The position numbers and the translations under genes are program-made. Shown here one piece after another: positions 61,596 through 64,000 of a stretch of DNA of 64,000 nucleotides (position 1 is its first letter; every line of letters starts with the position of its first letter). The stretch is from an uncultured Chloroflexia bacterium. GTDB lineage: Bacteria > Chloroflexota > Limnocylindria > QHBO01. The notes beneath the pieces are model-generated. The model had not been told where the DNA came from. It did not search any database and saw only the letters and a program-made list of their open reading frames with translations. The stretch covers positions 371,993 to 435,992 of the forward strand of contig CAVQTN010000004.1 in NCBI GenBank assembly GCA_963716585.1, given 5' to 3'.

Positions 61596-62572
61596 TGTCG
61601 ACCTTCATGCGGACCCAGTCGATCGAGCACGCCATCGGCGCGAGCGGCCGACTGGCAATCAGGGTCACCAGCTCCGATACGCGCATCCGCGCGATCGATG
61701 GCGGTACGGCACACGTGCGCGGCAGCTACCAGATCGGCGCCGCCTCCGAGGCCGATGCGGACCGCGTATTCCAGCAGCTCCAGCTGCGGGTCGCTGCCGG
61801 CGACGGCGTCCTGGAGGTCGAGGAGCCGAAGGGCCTGTCGCGAGCGCTTGGCAGCGCCCTGTCACGCATGTTCGGTGGCGAGGGACAACCCATGCTCGAG
61901 CTCGACGTCGAGCTGCCTCGCGGCGCCGAGCTGCGCTTCGAAGGTGTGAGCGCCGACGTGCAGGCGAGCGGGCTGCACGGTCAGCAGCGCTACCAGACGG
62001 TGTCCGGCGATCTGCTGCTGCAGGAGGCGGGAGGCTCGCTGCGCATCGAGGGCGTGTCGAGCGACATCACCGTCCGGGCCGATGCGCCCGTGGCGCTGCA
62101 GACGAACGACGTCTCGGGCGACCTGTCGGTCGTGACTCCCCTCTTCGCGTCACTCCGCGCCACCTCGGTGAGCGGCGACGTGGAGCTCGAGGGCGCCTTC
62201 GCGCGAGGTGGCGACCATCGCATCGAGACGGTGAGCGGCGACGCGGCCATCGGCCTGGTCGGCGGCGCGACCTTCGACGTGCGCGGCCTCTCGACCGACG
62301 TCTCGTGCCGGCTGCCGAACGAGATGCAGGGGCACGGCGACCAACGACGGGTCGTGGTCGGCGACGGTGTCCCTCGAATCCGCTTCAGCTCGATGTCCGG
62401 CGACCTGTCGATCGCAGCCCCGCGGCGCATGACCGCCGCCGTGCCTCCGGCCGAGGCGCCCACGACGGCCGACTCGCGCGATCAGCTGGAGATCCTGCGC
62501 GCCCTGGAACGCGGCGAGATCGACGTCGAGGAGGCAACCCGGCGTCTGACCGGCGTGGACGATGATGGGTGA
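61595..62572 (+). CDS. DUF4097 beta-strand repeat protein with SHOCT-like C-terminus
   Basis: Repeated TVSGD/GVSSD/DVSGD/SVSGD/SMSGD turns; LEILRALERGEIDVEEA. Confidence 0.9.
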   Translation: MSTFMRTQSIEHAIGASGRLAIRVTSSDTRIRAIDGGTAHVRGSYQIGAASEADADRVFQQLQLRVAAGDGVLEVEEPKGLSRALGSALSRMFGGEGQPMLELDVELPRGAELRFEGVSADVQASGLHGQQRYQTVSGDLLLQEAGGSLRIEGVSSDITVRADAPVALQTNDVSGDLSVVTPLFASLRATSVSGDVELEGAFARGGDHRIETVSGDAAIGLVGGATFDVRGLSTDVSCRLPNEMQGHGDQRRVVVGDGVPRIRFSSMSGDLSIAAPRRMTAAVPPAEAPTTADSRDQLEILRALERGEIDVEEATRRLTGVDDDG

Positions 62573-62924
62573 GCTCGAGACGATCCTGCGCCTCGTGGCC
62601 GAGGGGCACCTGACCCCCGACGAGGCGGCGCCGATCATCGAAGCGCTGGACGCTGGCGCTCCTCCACCGCCGGCCGTGACGACGGCGTCGCCGTCGTCCA
62701 GCGGCAAGGATCGCCACATCCGCATCAAGGTCAGCGAGCATGGCCGTCAGGTCGTCAACCTGCGCATTCCGATGGCATTCGCCGACATGGCGGCACGGAT
62801 GGTGCCCGGCATCTCCGGTGAGCAGGCCAATCGGATCCGCGCCGCCATCGACGCCGGCAGCATCGGTCCGATCATCGACGTCGAAGACCGCGATGGGGAC
62901 GCCGTCCTCATCAGCATGGAATGA
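62562..62924 (+). CDS. SHOCT-like domain protein
   Basis: [18 protein letters not shown]...IRIKVSE...VNLRIPM...[17 protein letters not shown]. Confidence 0.85.
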   Translation: MMGELETILRLVAEGHLTPDEAAPIIEALDAGAPPPPAVTTASPSSSGKDRHIRIKVSEHGRQVVNLRIPMAFADMAARMVPGISGEQANRIRAAIDAGSIGPIIDVEDRDGDAVLISME

Positions 62925-63790
62925 GCCACGTGATGCCGTCCGATCCGACTGTTGCGAGGGGCGCGCATGACGAGCGAGGCATGCCCGCGCCCGCCATCGA
63001 GGCCACCGGCCTCACCAAGGAGTTCGAGAAGGGACGCCGAACCATCTGGCAGCGGCTGCGCCGCGAGCCGGAGCAGCGCGAGCGGTTCCGCGCCGTGGAC
63101 GGCGTCGACCTTCGCGTCGAGCGCGGCGAGATCTTCGGCCTGCTGGGACCCAATGGCGCCGGCAAGACGACCACGATGCGGATGCTGGCAACCTTGCTTG
63201 AGCCGACCTCCGGCAGCGCGCGGGTGCTCGGCCTGGACGTCGTCCGTGAGGCGCGCGATATTCGGCGAAGGATGGGCGCCGTCCTCTCGGACGGCCGGAG
63301 CGTCTACTGGAAACTGACCGCCCGCGAGAACCTCGAGTACTTCGCCGCCCTGTACCACGTGCCGCCGCGCGAGCAGCGCGAGCGGATCCAGCGCGTGCTC
63401 GAGCAGGTCAACCTGACCGACCGCGCGGATGACTACGTGGAGCGCTACTCGACCGGCATGCGGCAGCGCCTGGTGCTGGCCCGCGCATTGCTTCCTGATC
63501 CCGAGCTGCTCCTTCTGGACGAGCCCACGGTCGGGTTGGACCCGCAATCGTCACGCGACCTGCGGGAGCGCGTCCAGGAGCTGCGTGCGCAGGGGCGCAG
63601 CGTGCTCCTCACGACGCATTACATGGAGGAGGCGGACCAGCTCTGCGATCGCGTCGCGATCGTCGACCACGGGCGCATCGTGGCGCTCGACACGCCGTCC
63701 GAGCTCAAGCGCAGCATCGCCCGCAATGGCGAGGTCGTGACGCTCGAGGACGTGTTCATCGCTCTCACCGGACGGGCACTGCGCGAATGA
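62921..63790 (+). CDS. ABC transporter ATP-binding protein
   Basis: [37 protein letters not shown]. Confidence 0.95.
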   Translation: MSHVMPSDPTVARGAHDERGMPAPAIEATGLTKEFEKGRRTIWQRLRREPEQRERFRAVDGVDLRVERGEIFGLLGPNGAGKTTTMRMLATLLEPTSGSARVLGLDVVREARDIRRRMGAVLSDGRSVYWKLTARENLEYFAALYHVPPREQRERIQRVLEQVNLTDRADDYVERYSTGMRQRLVLARALLPDPELLLLDEPTVGLDPQSSRDLRERVQELRAQGRSVLLTTHYMEEADQLCDRVAIVDHGRIVALDTPSELKRSIARNGEVVTLEDVFIALTGRALRE

Positions 63791-64000
63791 CCACCCGGCG
63801 GCTCGCCGCGGCGCTCGCGGACGTGCGCGCCTTCGGCGCGGCGGGGCGCAAGGAATGGCGCCTGCTGCGCCGCTACCCGTCGATGTTCCTCGGCTTCCTG
63901 TTCTGGCCCATCGTGCTGCCGCTTGCCTACGTGCTGCAGGCGCGCGGCTACGCCGGCGACAGCCAGGCGGCGCTGGATGCTTTCGCACGGCATGCCGGCA
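63787..64000 (+). CDS. ABC-2 type permease, truncated at the right edge
   Basis: ATGA overlap; RKEWRLLRRYPSMFLGFLFWPIVLPLAY. Confidence 0.8.
   Translation, partial: MTTRRLAAALADVRAFGAAGRKEWRLLRRYPSMFLGFLFWPIVLPLAYVLQARGYAGDSQAALDAFARHAG

Overview
High-GC bacterial chromosomal segment, about 70% GC by eye. Gene content and order (tRNA-Leu-tig-clpP-clpX, T-box-led valS, FHA-RodA-PbpA cluster, plsY/pgsA, DUF2089/DUF4097 operon) suggest a Terrabacteria lineage, most likely Chloroflexota such as Limnocylindria; this is inference only. It is mostly housekeeping and envelope DNA, with no CRISPR, integrase or transposase seen. It holds about 58 CDS, two tRNAs (Leu-TAG, Lys-CTT), a valS T-box riboswitch, a cyanophycin locus, a branched-chain 2-oxoacid dehydrogenase operon with lipA/lipB, and a separate aceE. 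The most notable points are: (1) a CphA paralogue lacking the ATP-grasp domain, convergent with cphB-cphA, which shares a palindromic bidirectional -10 element with an M20 peptidase; (2) a degenerate-GGDEF/HD-GYP gene coupled to a surface protein with a possible sorting signal; (3) a coupled sORF-DUF2089-DUF4097-SHOCT-ABC operon; (4) pervasive leaderless gene starts; (5) fhaB and rodA in one reading frame split by a single TGA; (6) a roughly 7 kb block (34.3-41.5 kb) dense in 1-nt indels that looks like sequencing error, not pseudogenisation.
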